DNA from: Malacoraja senta
Lineage: Eukaryota
Assembly (NCBI GenBank): GCA_038087875.1
Contig: CM075993.1
Span: forward strand, 11,782,001 to 11,846,000
Direction: 5' to 3'
Length of the DNA: 64,000 nt
The notes beneath the pieces were generated by a model. The model saw nothing but the letters and a program-made list of their open reading frames with translations. It searched no databases and was not told the origin of the DNA. Positions 37,288 to 49,295 of the stretch are shown here, one piece after another; the stretch's first letter is position 1; every line of letters starts with the position of its first letter. The position numbers and the translations under genes were made by a program.

Positions 37288-39924
37288 TATCATTTTCCTT
37301 CCACTTCACAATTATGCGCCACTTTGTGTTGGTCTATCACATAAAATCCCAATAAAATACATTTACGTTTGTGGTTGTAACGTGACAAAATGTGGAAAAG
37401 TTCAAGGGGTATGAATACTTTTGCAAGCCACTGTATTAACGGGGACATGCTGGGAGGCTAGTGAATAAATTGCAGGGGCCCTCGCTGAGATATACGAGTC
37501 ATCATTATACGTGGGTGGGTGCCAGAAGACTGGAGGATGGCTAATATTGTAACTCTATATATTAAGGGCTGCAAGAAAAAGCCTGGGAACAATAGACCAG
37601 TGAACCTAACATCTGTGGTTGGCAAGTTATTGGAGAGAATTCCGAGGGAAAAGATATATATGCATTTGGATAGTTGGGCTGATTAGGGAGAGTCAGCATG
37701 ATTTTGTACATTGGAAATCGAGGAAGTAACCACAAAGGTTGATGAGGCCAAAGCCCTCAAGATTGTCTATATGGACAGTTGAAAAACACCCGAAGGAGCT
37801 TGCCCATGCTGACCAATGGGCTTCATCTACACCAGTCCCACCTGCCCACATTTGGCCCATATTCTTCTAAACCTTTTCTATCCGTGAAGGTGTATAAAGC
37901 CCCATGAGATGAGACTATCTGCCACGTTTGATATCCAAATTAAATTCAGTCATTGCACAATTTGTAATTTGATCGCTTTGATGTGAGAACTATTTTGAAC
38001 GTGAACATTAAATTTAAAATGGAATTAGGCAAACAGTTCAACCATGGTGAGTGGTTCATTTGCATAAAGCAATTTTTTTTTCAATTATAAAAGTTCATCC
38101 ACTTCTCAATTACTGAGTGCAAGTTGCTGTTTGTTGAAGACTAAAATCTGTGTTCAATTATGGTCCAATGAATGCGATACCAGAAGTGAAGCAAATATTC
38201 ACTCTGTTCTATGTCAATGGTAGTAATCAGAAGCATCTACTGTTTTGAGCAGAGCAGGTTCGTGAGAAAACTAGTTCGTGAGGAAAGAAAAAATCCTGCG
38301 ATGCAAAAATGTATAAACTTCAAGTAACTCTTGCTTTCCCTCTCTCTCCATCCCTCCCCCTTCCCAGTTCTCCGACCAGTCTTACTGTCTCCGACTTCAT
38401 TTTATCTCTGTTTGCTTTGTTGTTACCTTCTCCCAGCTAACAATGATCTATTCTACAGTTTCCTTGAACTTAATTCCCAAAATTCAAACACCAAATGCAA
38501 ATGATAGAAATCGGAAATGAATATTTGTTTATTTTGGAGTAGGTGGCACAGTGGCGCAGAGGTAGGGCTGCTGCTTCACAGCGCCAGGGACCCAAATTTA
38601 ATCCTGGCTTCGGGTGCTGTCTGTGTGGAGTTTGCACATTCTCCCAGTGATCACGTGGGTTTCCTCCCACATCCCAAAGACATATGGGTTTGTAGGTTAA
38701 TTGGCCTCTGTAAATTGCCCCTAGTGTGTAGGGAGAGGATGAAAGTGGGGCAACATAAAACTAGTGTAACAGGTGATGGATGGTTAGTATGGTATGGACT
38801 TGGGTGGGCTGAAGGGCCTGTTTTCATGCTGCATCAGTAAACTAGACTAAACGAAAAACAGGAAGATTACTAACCCAAAACATTGACAGTTCCTCTTTCC
38901 GCAGATTCTGCCAGCGTTAAAGATTTTCTAACATTTTGTTTTTGTCACCAACAATTGCGCTCGGTCTGACAATTTGCTAACCACTGCCATAGGGAGACCA
39001 CAAACAAACTGCAGGAACAGCATCTCATATTCCTCTTGGGTAGCTTACAACTTGAATTCTCCAACATCAAATAGTTCCTCCACTCTCTTTCCCATATCCC
39101 TCACCACCAACCTAGTGTGCACACATTGCTCCGACCATCTCCCTCCCCCCTGGTCTACCTGCTCCTTACCCCTCCTCTGTACTCTCATCTCCCATCCCTC
39201 TCCTCATCCCATTTCCCCTCCCCCCTGTCCCATTTCACGCCGATCCCACGCTCTGGCTTCACATTTCACTCATCCTCTTCTTTCCTCGTCTGATACCCTT
39301 TTGAGGGCAGCACGTTGGCAGATTTTAATCGCAAGAAGTCCAAGTCGATGCAAATTGGGAAGTCATAAAGTGTAGGACATGTACGATAAATGGGACAGCA
39401 CTGTTGAATAGAGAAACCCTGGGGTTCAAGTCCATAGATGCCTAACAGTGGCAACACAGCTGGATAGAGTGGGTAAAACAATATCTGGCACACTTTCTCT
39501 GATACATTGAGGCATAGAACATGAAGAAAAATAGGACATTATGTTGGAACTTTACAAAATGTTGGTTAGGCTGCACTTGGAGCATTTGTGCAGTTCTGGC
39601 TTTGACACTTTATTAGGAAGATAGACACAAAAAGGTGGAGTAACTCAACGGGTCAGGCAGTACCTCTGGAGAAAAGGCCCGAAGAAGGGCCTCAACCCAA
39701 AATGTCACCCATTCCTTCTCTCTAGAAATGCTGCCTGTCCCGCTGAGTTACTCCAGCTTTTTGTGTCTATCTTTGGTTTAAACCAGCATCCTTCCTACAC
39801 ACTTTATTAGGATGTGATTGAGTTGAAGAGAATGAGAAAGAGAAGTTCTTTGGATTGCAGGACATGACTTATGAGGAGGGGATGGAAATGCTAGGCTAGT
39901 TTTCCCTGGAGCGAAGGAGGCTGA

Positions 39925-40375
39925 AGGGGTTGTCCCACTGCGGCGACCTAATTGGCGAGTTTAGAAGAGTTTAGGAGAGTTTGAAAAAATGTCATGTTGA
40001 AGACCTCCTTCGACTATGTAGAAGACCTCCTTCGACTATGTTGAAGACTATCTACGACTACCTTCGATTACCTTAGACTACCCTCGATTACCTACGAATA
40101 TCATGCCGACCTACTATGACCTACTTCGACTAAACCTACGAGTAAAAAAAATATAGATTTTAACCATGGCGACCTTTATTTACTCGCGGGCATTTTTCAG
40201 CATGTTGAAAAATACGCCGCGACCGAGCTGAGGCCTTGAGTACACGGGGACTACTCGAGCATGAAGGTGAGTTACAAAGACCTCCTAGGACCTCGTGTCG
40301 ACCATGCTGCGAGTATGAGTCGAAGGCAAACTCTTCTAAACACGCCAATTAGGTCGCCGCAGTGGGACAGCCCCT
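39925..40375. mobile_element. PIF/Harbinger-type MITE inserted in a CR1 remnant
   Basis: TGA|AGGGGTTGTCCCACTGCGGCGACCTAATTGGCG ... CGCCAATTAGGTCGCCGCAGTGGGACAGCCCCT|TGA; 3-bp TSD; internal short (CGACTA)-type repeats. Confidence 0.88.
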
Positions 40376-40984
40376 TGAGGGATATAAAATAAGAAGTCTT
40401 GAATGAATAGATAGCTAAAATATTTTCCCAGTATCAGGATATCAAAAACAAGTGGGCATAGTTTTAAGGTGAAAGGTAGGATGTTTAAAGGGAATCCTGG
40501 GGCGAACCTTTTTGTTTTACACAGAAACTGGTTGATACCCAGGAATATGCTATATCTAGGAGATAATTAGGCAGACACATATGGGTAAATGTGTGGAAGG
40601 ATATAGTTCTAATGCAAGCAAATGTGATTAGTGCAGGTCAAAATGGGATCAAGGGATATGCGGAGAAAGCAGGAACGGGGTACTCCTGCACCTATTTTCT
40701 ATGTTTCTGTTTCTAAAATGATCATCATAGACGTGGTGGGCCGAAGGGCCTCTTTCAGTGCTGTAAAATGCCAGGACTATGATTTACAAACTCATTTTTC
40801 ACTGTAACAATTAGCGCACTATTAACCGTGCATTGTACGAAGATTCTCATGTTCACCTGGTCTTTTCAAATATAAATGTTTCTTTCACAGAATGTTTGCC
40901 AGGACTACATCCCGTTTGTAAATTGACTAATGGCTGTAATTGGTGATTCAGCATCTTTTTAAAAACCATTTGCAAGGTTGATGC

Positions 40985-41580
40985 AAAATGCTGGAGTAAC
41001 TCAGGCAGTATCTCTGGAGAGAAGGAATGGGTGACGTTTCGTGTCGAGACCCTTCTTCAGAGGAGTGGGCGGGACAGAGATAAAATGTAGTTGGAGACAG
41101 TACGACTGGTTGGAGAACTGGGAAGGGGGAGGGGATGGAGAGAGAGGGAAGGTAAGGGCTAGTTGAAGTTAGAGAAAACAATGTTCATACCGCTGGGGTG
41201 TAAGCTGCCCAAGCAAAATATGAGGTTCTGTTCCTCCAATTAGCGCTGGGCCTCACTCTGACAATGGGGAGACCCAGGACAGAAAGGTCAATGTGGGAAT
41301 AGGAGGGGAGGTTAAAGTAATGAGCAACTGGGAGATCAGGTAGGTTTTGGCGGACTGAGCGGAGGTGTTCAACGAGCCTGCGCTTGGTCTCGTCAATATA
41401 TATGAGTCCACACTGAACAGCAGATACAGTAGATGAGGTTGGAGGAGGTGCAAGTGAACCTCTGCCTCACCTGAGAAGAGTCCTTGGACGGAGTGGAGGG
41501 GGGAGGTATAGGGACGGGTGTTGCATCTCCTGTGGTTGCAGGGGAAAGTACCTGGGGAGGGGGTGGGAAGGGTGGGAAGG
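40985..41580 (-). mobile_element. Penelope-like fragment with a GIY-YIG endonuclease remnant, ending about 40 nt from a VPS13C donor
   Basis: PGTFPCNHRRCNT.PY...QVRQRFTCTSSNLIYCICCS, LEEQNLIFCLGSLHPSGMN, and the terminal repeat. Confidence 0.82.
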
Positions 41581-41621
41581 GACGACAAGGTTGGCAGAAG
41601 TGTTGTGCATGTTTTACAGAC

Positions 41622-41755
41622 CTTTGCTTGAAGCGAAACTTCAGCGCTGCGGTATGATTAATGACGAGTGCGGGTGCCGATCCATCGTAGTAGTCTGTGA
41701 AGGTGATCACTGCGGCGTGGTCTGCAACATTCACGTCCACTATAACTCCACCACA
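41622..41755 (-). CDS. VPS13C: VPS13C coding exon (134 nt)
   Basis: CGGVIVDVNVADHAAVITFTDYYDGSAPALVINHTAALKFRFKQ+AG; gtcag / gtctgt; phase 2 matches the next exon. Confidence 0.93.
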
Positions 41756-42625
41756 CTGACAAAACAAAAGCTGCATCAGATCGACTGCAAGCACTGTCCT
41801 TTACTTCCAAAATAACTGCAAAACATCCGTCATAAATTTGTAGGAAGAAACTGTAGATGCTGGTTTAAACCGAAGATAGACACAAAAAGCTGGAGTAACT
41901 CAGCGGGTCAGGCAGCATCTCCGGAAAAAAGGAATCGGTGACCTTTGAGGTTGAGATCCTTCTCCAGACATAAATTTGTACCTAATCTGACCAGTCTCGA
42001 CTAAAGTCTAGTCGTATTTAAAATGATGAAAGTGATACTTTTAAAAATCTGTATTACACAAAACTGAGAGGGTGAGAGGATTTTTTGTGGAAACATGGTA
42101 TTTACCATTTTTATTCCTTTACCTGCAGACTAAATTGAGTAAGAATGTCACAATTCAATGCAATTTCATTAATCCTGTCATGTGGGAGGCAGGATTCCCG
42201 TTTCTAAGCAATTCAATGACTCAACCGTTGGGAAACATGTACGTTAATTTCTGCAGCTATACCACTAAACTGTGGAGATTATGAGAAATGTTTGGAGAAT
42301 ATTGTTACTCTTCGATTGTATGTTGAACATAATGATAATCACGATATCAAACTATAAAGAATACAATGCAAGTAGCTGTGACATTGATATGAAGTAGCAA
42401 AACGTGCCTCCAAGATCCTCTGCTTTTATTCCAATGTTGTATGAAAGCAGAAGATTTTGGAGCCACCTTTTGCATTGTAAGTTTAGCTCTTTGTAGTCTT
42501 GCCGCCATCAGGTTGTTAGGCTGGCAGAGTGGTGCAGCTAATGGAGCTCACAGCTCCAATTCAGGTGCAGTCCCGATCTCAGGTGGCGCCTGTGTGGACT
42601 TCACACATTCTCCATGTGAGTATAA

Positions 42626-43086
42626 AGGGCCTGTCCCACTTTCCCGAGTTACTCACGAATTCTCCCGAGTTTTCGCCTTGATTCAAACTCGGAGAATGTC
42701 CGTAGCGAGTACGTAGGAGGCCGTAGGACTCCGTAAATATATCATAGCAGCTCGTTATGCCAGCCGTAGGTACTCGGGGCATCAGGTAAGTCGGGACGTT
42801 TTTTTTTTTTCAGCATGACAAAAAAGTCCACGAGTAAAAAGATAGTCGGGAGGAGGAGTTCGTAGATCACAAAAATCTTGATTTTTTTTTAAGGTCCTTT
42901 CAACTCGGCAGAGGACTCGGGAAAGTGGTTAAGAGTTTAAGAAGGAACTGCAGATGCTGGAAAATCCCAGGTAGACAAAAATGCTGGAGAAACTCAGCGG
43001 GTGCAGCATCATCTATGGAGCGAAGGAAATAGGCAACGTTTCGGGCCGAAACCCTTCTTCAGACTCGGGAAAGTGGGACAGGCCCT
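42626..43086. mobile_element. PIF/Harbinger-type MITE inside an old V-SINE, itself hit by a Penelope fragment (42929-43061)
   Basis: AGGGCCTGTCCCACTTTCCCGAGT ... ACTCGGGAAAGTGGGACAGGCCCT; TAA/TTA flanks. Confidence 0.85.
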
Positions 43087-43867
43087 TTAGTTTTCCCCAG
43101 TGCTCCACTTTCCTCCCACATCCCAAAGGATGTGTGGGTTGATCGTTACACTGGGAACGTTAAGATGCTCCCGGTGTGTAATGAGTGCACTAGTATTGGG
43201 GTTATCAATTTATGGAATTGTGTTTATTATGTATTATCCACATCTACGTGTGTGTATTGTGTTACTGGCCTGTTATGCTGCTGCGTAGGAACGCCATTGT
43301 TCCTTTGTCGGTACATAGGACAGTTAAACACTCTTCACTCTCTCTTTATCTTTGAGTGCTTGCAGTGGCGGTTTCACAAAAACTTCTTCTTGTAAAAGAA
43401 GGTCGTCTGACTACATATATGTGTCCCAATCATGCTCATGGTCATGGTAGAAAACTGTTCCATCCCATGGCCCGACGTCTGCGCCAGAATCCTCCAGCTA
43501 GAAACACGCCCCAGACTACGTATAAAATCCCACCCACATTAACACAGGCAGATAATAACTAAAGGTAACTAAACATGACCATAATAAACTTACTTAAGCT
43601 TAATGGCTCCAACAGTGCTGGAATCTGGGAATTAATAAAGCTGCACACACTGGAAATCTACAATGAAAATAGAAAATACTGGACTAAAGAGATGCAGCCT
43701 GCTCTGCCCAGTATTCCAGCATTTTCTATGTTTATGATAGGACCTGGGAATTTGATGAGAATTAAATTGCATCAATGTAATTGCATCCTGTGCTATGTGA
43801 CTATGTACTGTTACACACGGGAAGTCTAATCAACGCACAGTAACACTCTCACACTTTTTCATTCACT

Positions 43868-43927
43868 AAGCGACTTTGAGTCCTGAAAAGCGCTATATAA
43901 ATAAAATCTATTATTATTATTATTATT
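43868..43927 (+). repeat. L2-type retroposon 3' tail with (TAT)n microsatellite
   Basis: AAGCGACTTTGAG...AAAAGCGCTATATAAATAAAATC(TAT)n. Confidence 0.65.
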
Positions 43928-44015
43928 CACAACCTCCAGCGTCCAGCAGGCACCTGCTGCTCTTCTGACTAGCCTGCCTTTCTGTATTATCATCGTCATA
44001 CAACACATGGCACTG

Positions 44016-44336
44016 GGCAGCACGGAGGCGCAGCGGTAGAGCTACTTCCTTACAGTGCCAGAGACCCAGGTTCAATCCTGACTATGGGTGCTGTCTGTAC
44101 GGAGTTTGTACGTTCTCCCCGTGACCTGCGTGGGTTTTCTCTGGGATCTTCGGTTTCCTCCCACACTCCAAAGACGTACAGGCTTGTAGGTTAATTGGCT
44201 TGGTATAAATGTATAAAAATGTAAAAATTGTCCCTAGTGTGTGTAGGGTAGTGTTAATGTGTAATGATCGCTGGTCTGTGAGGACTTGGTGGGCCGAAGG
44301 GCCTGCCTCTGCACTGTGTCTTTAAACTAAACTAAA
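44016..44336 (+). mobile_element. Full-length V-SINE (HE1-like); older copies near 18250, 29730(-), 33173, 38541 and 59693-60470
   Basis: A/B boxes, V domain, (TAAAC)n tail. Confidence 0.88.
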
Positions 44337-45530
44337 CATGACCATCTATTCTGATCGGAATTGGTCTTTTGCCGCATTGTGCCTATCTTTCAGGACTGCA
44401 GGACCTGAGTTGTAGGGATAGGTTGGGCAGGCTAGAACTTTATTACTTGGCTGAGGAGTGATCCTATAGAGGTGTAAAAAAATCGTGAGGGGAACTGATA
44501 GGGTGAATGAGCAGAGTTGATTCCCCAGGGTAGATGAATCAAGAAGTGGAGGACCCAAGCTTAATAAAACATTTTTGTTTTTAATTAATAGGAACCAGGG
44601 TACAACTTTTTCCCCACAGGCACGCAGCCACAGGTAGGCAAATGCAACAAGCTGCCAAAGGAAATAGTTGAAGCAGGTATAATAAATGTCATCAGGAGAT
44701 TCATTCTAGAATGGTAGGGATGAGGTCATGACTGTTTAATATTTGGTTTCTTTGTTCACCAGAAAATGTTCTGTCCTTTTGAGCTTGAGGCTGAACTCAG
44801 TTAGAAGTGTTGCCACTCAGCTCTATTTGGTGATGAACATTAAAGTCCCACATCTAGGCTGCTACAACCTGTAAGGGGCACAGTCTGGATGGGGGTCTTC
44901 AAAATGGAGCAACTTTGCCTTGTTCTTGTCAGATAGTCATTAGTCCTTTTGTGCTGTAACGCTGCAGTCATGGAACAACGGAGCCGTTTCAGAAGCATTT
45001 AAGAGTTAACCACGAAGAAACTGGATCTACATATAATCCAGATTGGGTAACGATGGTAAATCTCCAACCCTGAGGGACATTAGTGAACTTGGGGACTTCA
45101 CACAACAATCCACCACTTTCATGTACAGCATTACTGTGGCTGCATTTTATTTTGTATTCCAAATCATTAACTGAATGTAGGAAAGAACTGCAGATGCTGG
45201 TTTAAACCGGAAACAAATGCAAAAAGCTGGAGTAACTCAGGGGGTCAGACAGCATCTCGGGAGAAAAGGAATAGGTGATGTTGCGGGTCATGACCCTTCT
45301 TCAGACCTTCTTCAGTCTGACCTGCTGAGTTACTCCAGCTTTTGGTGTCTATTTTCAAATGAATTTAAAGACTACACCTGAGTGCACACCTCTGGACAGT
45401 TACCAGTCTGGTAATTTTGACCAATACACCAGCACCATATCCACATTTTTACTTTTGATTCCAAATGACCAAGCTCTAACTTCTGTCAACATCAACCAGA
45501 CTATAAACCACATCCAATGCACAAACTTAC

Positions 45531-45659
45531 CACATAGTCAAGCTTCAGCAATGTGCCATTGTCTTGCTTGTTGTAGAAGATCGATTTTGATGACAGTTCA
45601 GAGCCAACTACTCTGACATGAAGCTTGTTTGAAATGGCTTCAGGCCAGAAAGGAAGACA
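45531..45659 (-). CDS. VPS13C: VPS13C coding exon, 43 codons
   Basis: CLPFWPEAISNKLHVRVVGSELSSKSIFYNKQDNGTLLKLDYV; ttgcag / gtaagt. Confidence 0.95.
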
Positions 45660-46458
45660 CTGCAACAAAATGAAGGAAATGTTAGTGTTAGATTGGAAAG
45701 GACACAAAGCATCATGGACTGATTAGTGCTAGATCTGCAATTTTAATATATCAACTTCAAACAGGTAACATAAATTACTCCATATCAAACATAACTAAAT
45801 ATAAATGTATTTATCATAAATAGCTAAAATATTAACAAAAACATTCAGGATCACTTGCAACAAGAGTTGTCAAATCAATTATAGACACAAAGTGCTGGAG
45901 TAACCCAATAGGTCAGGCAGCATCTCTGGATAAAAAGAATGGATGATGTTTCGAGTTGGAACCCTTCTTTAGACTGAAAGTAGAGGGGAGGGATTTGGCC
46001 AAGGGCACTAAATGCCACATGTCTGAGTTTGCTGATGATGGAAACAAGAGGTGGATCACTGGTGTGGAGGAGGATATTTATTTACTGAAGGGAATGTTGC
46101 TGGAGGTCGGACAAGTCACTCCCTTGCTCAATACATGGAATAAGGATAAGAACAAGATCACACCAGTCAGGGTAACCTCTGCAATGGAAGATATATATTG
46201 GAATCCGAAACAAAAACACAAATGCTGGAAGAACTCAAACTCAAACAGTCAAGCAACTAAGAAATAAGTTAACGTTTCAAGGCAAAGATTATTTATCAGA
46301 ACTCAGAAAGAAAGCAAGTTGGACTCAGTTACAGAACAGTTACAAGGTGAGGCTGGAAACAGTATCTCAGGAGAAGACTGGATGGAGATCTTAGATAAAC
46401 ATTTCAAATGACGATGGTCTGAGCAGGAGGATAGTGGGTGCTGTTGGTGGAAGATTGA

Positions 46459-47343
46459 TAGGCCTGTGCCACTTAAGGGCCTGACCCACTTGGACGTCAT
46501 TTGCGCGACATCATTCACGCGTCACGATGCACGATGCGAGCGTCGTGACGCGCACATGATGCGCGTATGGCGTGCATTACGCGCGCATGGTGCATGGTGA
46601 GGTGTGGTGGCGTAGGCAGTGACGCGCGGTTGTGCACGGCGCCCCAGGATTTGGGGATTCACGAAATGTTCACGTGGCACGAGCGTGACGCGCTAATGAC
46701 ACCTAAGTGGGACAGGCCCTTTAGGCGATTGTTCTAAAACGGCAACTGCAACTGTCAGAACACACACACATACACACACACACATCGCTTCCTTCACCAG
46801 CCCGTTATGCAGGCAGGGGACAGGACAAGCAGCGGGAGTGCTGTCTGAGTGAAATTCAAACGGTGCAAAGCCAAGGTGATACAGACACACACCGCGATGA
46901 ACAGGAAGGTCGGCGCTGTAATTAAGATGACTAAAGCACAGTAAGTCCTTTAAAAGAGGGGGGGCAGGGGGGGAGAAGGAGTGGAGACAACTTTTTTTAC
47001 CCGAGCCAATTTCCCACCGGTCAGCACCAGCTACAACCTATGAGAACCCTCGACCTCCTGGCAACCCACTAGGACCTCCTGGCGACCCACCTATGGCACG
47101 AGAATTCTCGCTACTCTCCATGGCGGCTTCATTCTGGTCGACGCTAATTTTTCAACATGTTGAAAAATTCGCGACGACCTTAATGAGGCCGCGACTAGTT
47201 CCCAGAATGCGGGAACTCCTCACGACCATGAAGGCGACTCCCCGACAACCACCCGCGAACATGCGGCGACCAAGAGGCGACCAAGTGGCGACTGCATAGT
47301 CTCCTGCAGTTGCCTAAAGAGTCGCCTAAGTGGGACAGGCCCA
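46459..47343. mobile_element. PIF/Harbinger-type MITE (outer) containing a second MITE (46476-46720) in its left TIR
   Basis: Outer TAGGCCTGTGCCACTTA[...]GGCGA / TCGCCTAAGTGGGACAGGCCCA; inner TTA|AGGGCCTGACCCACT...AGTGGGACAGGCCCT|TTA. Confidence 0.85.
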
Positions 47344-47624
47344 TAAGGATCAGAGGGGGAGAGAATTAAGAATTCCATGAGGGAAAGTTTTTTATGAACA
47401 TAGCTTGCAGCTGGGATATTGAATTCACTGCCTACAGCTGCGATGGTGGCAGAGCCCACTGTGGCCTTCACGAGCAAGTGGAAACAAGACTGCAGAGGTG
47501 GGACTGCACCTTGGAACCAGCGATTATTCTGACAGAAAGCCTGCAGAGGCAAAGCCCCAAGCAATTTCCTTCCCTGCTCTGACCATTCTGTGGTTCTACA
47601 AAAGAGGATTGAAGAAGATCTCAG

Positions 47625-48045
47625 AGCTATAGGGAGAGGTTGAGTAGGCTGGGACTCTATTCCTTGGAGCACAGGAGGATGAGGGGTGATCTTATAGAGG
47701 TGTACAAGATCAAGAGAGGAATAGATCAGGTAGATGCACAGAGTAGAGGAATCACGGACTAGAGGACATAGGTTTAAGGAGAAGGGGAAAAGATTCAATA
47801 GGAATCTGAGGGGTAACTTTTTCCTCACAAAGGGTGCTTGATGTATAGAACAAGCTGCTAGAGGAGCTAGTTGAGGCAGGGGCTATCCCAACATTTAAGA
47901 AACAGTTAGACAGGTACATGGATACGACAGGTTTGGAGGGATAGGGACCAAATGCTGGCAGGAGCGACTCGAGTATATGGGACATGTTGGTCGATGTGGG
48001 CAAGTTGGGCCAAAGGACCTGTTTCCACACTGTATGACTCTATGA
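47625..48045 (+). mobile_element. CR1 3' fragment
   Basis: RERLSRLGLYSLE.RRMRGDLIEVYKI; (TATGACTC)n tail. Confidence 0.82.
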
Positions 48046-48762
48046 CAAAGATACAGACAGGGGAAAAGAATAAGCAGACTGGACCTACAATATCTACAGT
48101 CTTAGAATCTAGAAGAATAAGAAACAATCATATTGAAATACACATTCAGAAAATAAGATTAGTGGAAAGATCTTCAGAGAGTGGGAAGCAATGTTTTGGA
48201 TGTCTCCACCCAGGAGACTGTGTAGATTCAGTCGTTGGGTGCATCTTATGATGAGATTGAAAGTTGTTTGGATAATGAGGAAAGCAGACGATTTGGATTT
48301 AGTCCAGAAAAGTAAAGTTGAGGTCAACAAACTTTGAACTTGGCAAATGCCAGAACAGGCTGAAGGGGCCAAATGGCCGACATTTCATATGCTAATACTG
48401 CAGGTCTGTACCAGACTCTGAAAATGCAACTAAAGAGTACCAACTTGTTGAAAACTTTACACAATACCTAACACAGAGAACAAAAGTATTGTTCTTAAGC
48501 TTCCAATTCATAGAATGTCCCTGCATACCAAAGAATATACTGTCCACCCATGCGCAACCCATCCCATGGTATTGAACAGTTACTGTGTTAACAGACATTT
48601 ATAAGACGATTTTGTCTTTGTCAGAGAGTACACAGACATAATTCAACATAATGAATGGCATCAAAAGCACAAGCCTGACAGGAAAGATCAATTATTAAAA
48701 ATGGTGAGAGAGAGTAGTTCTGACATTCTTTGAAATATGGATGTACATCCGCCAGGCGTTTG

Positions 48763-49295
48763 AAACATAGAAACATAGAAAATTGGTGCAGGAGTAGGCC
48801 ATTCGGCCCTTCGAGCCTGCACCGCCATTCAATATGATCATCGCTGATCATCCAACTCAGTATCCTGTACCTGCCTTCTCTCCATACCCCCTGATCCCTT
48901 TAGCCACAAGGGCCACATCTAACTCCCTCTTAAATATAGCCAATGAACTGGCCTCAACTACAGTCTGTGGCAGAGAATTCCAGAGATTCACCACTCTCTG
49001 TGTAAAAAATGTTTTTCTCATCTCAGTCCTAAAAGATTTCCCCTTTATCCTTAAACTGTGACCCCTTGTTCTGGACTTCCCCAACATCGGGAACAATCTT
49101 CCTGCATCTAGCCTGTCCAACCCCTTAAGAATTTTGTAAGTTTCTATAAGATCCCCCCTCAATCTTCTAAATTCCAGCGAGTACAAGCCGAGTCTATCCA
49201 GTCTTTCCTCATTTGAAAGTCCTGACATCCCAGGAATCAGTCTGGTGAACCTTCTCTGTACTCCCTCTATGGCAGGAATGTCCTTCCTCAGATTA
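48763..49295 (-). mobile_element. CR1 3' fragment
   Basis: 123-aa ORF LEFRRLRGDLIETYKILKG...FFTQRVVNLWNSLP; (TTTCTATG)n tail. Confidence 0.88.

Larger units (their letters stand above)
34886..37433 (-). mobile_element. Tc1-family IR/DR DNA transposon (about 1.6 kb once the nested CR1 is removed)
   Basis: TA|CAGTGGCTTGCAAAAG ... CTTTTGCAAGCCACTG|TA termini; TIRs of about 210 bp with an inner repeat TGCAAAAGTATTCA; internal transposase. The right TIR is split by a CR1 insertion. Confidence 0.95.
34400..37780 (+). mobile_element. Old degenerate CR1 ORF2 fragment split by the Tc1 element (about 34400-34885 plus 37436-37780)
   Basis: VDKSP(Q)PDKI on the left continues into WEA..IAGALAEIY...PEDWR.AN...KPGN.RPV.LTSVVGKLLE on the right of the Tc1. 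Confidence 0.8.

Noticed and set aside
39990..40140. Short repeated units (GAAGACCTCCTTCGACTATG, CGACTA) suggestive of an array
   Set aside because: Irregular subterminal MITE repeats in a vertebrate intron; no constant repeat with unique spacers, so not CRISPR.
47220..47828. 202-aa minus-strand ORF
   Set aside because: Antisense of a CR1 fragment running into a MITE end; not a gene.
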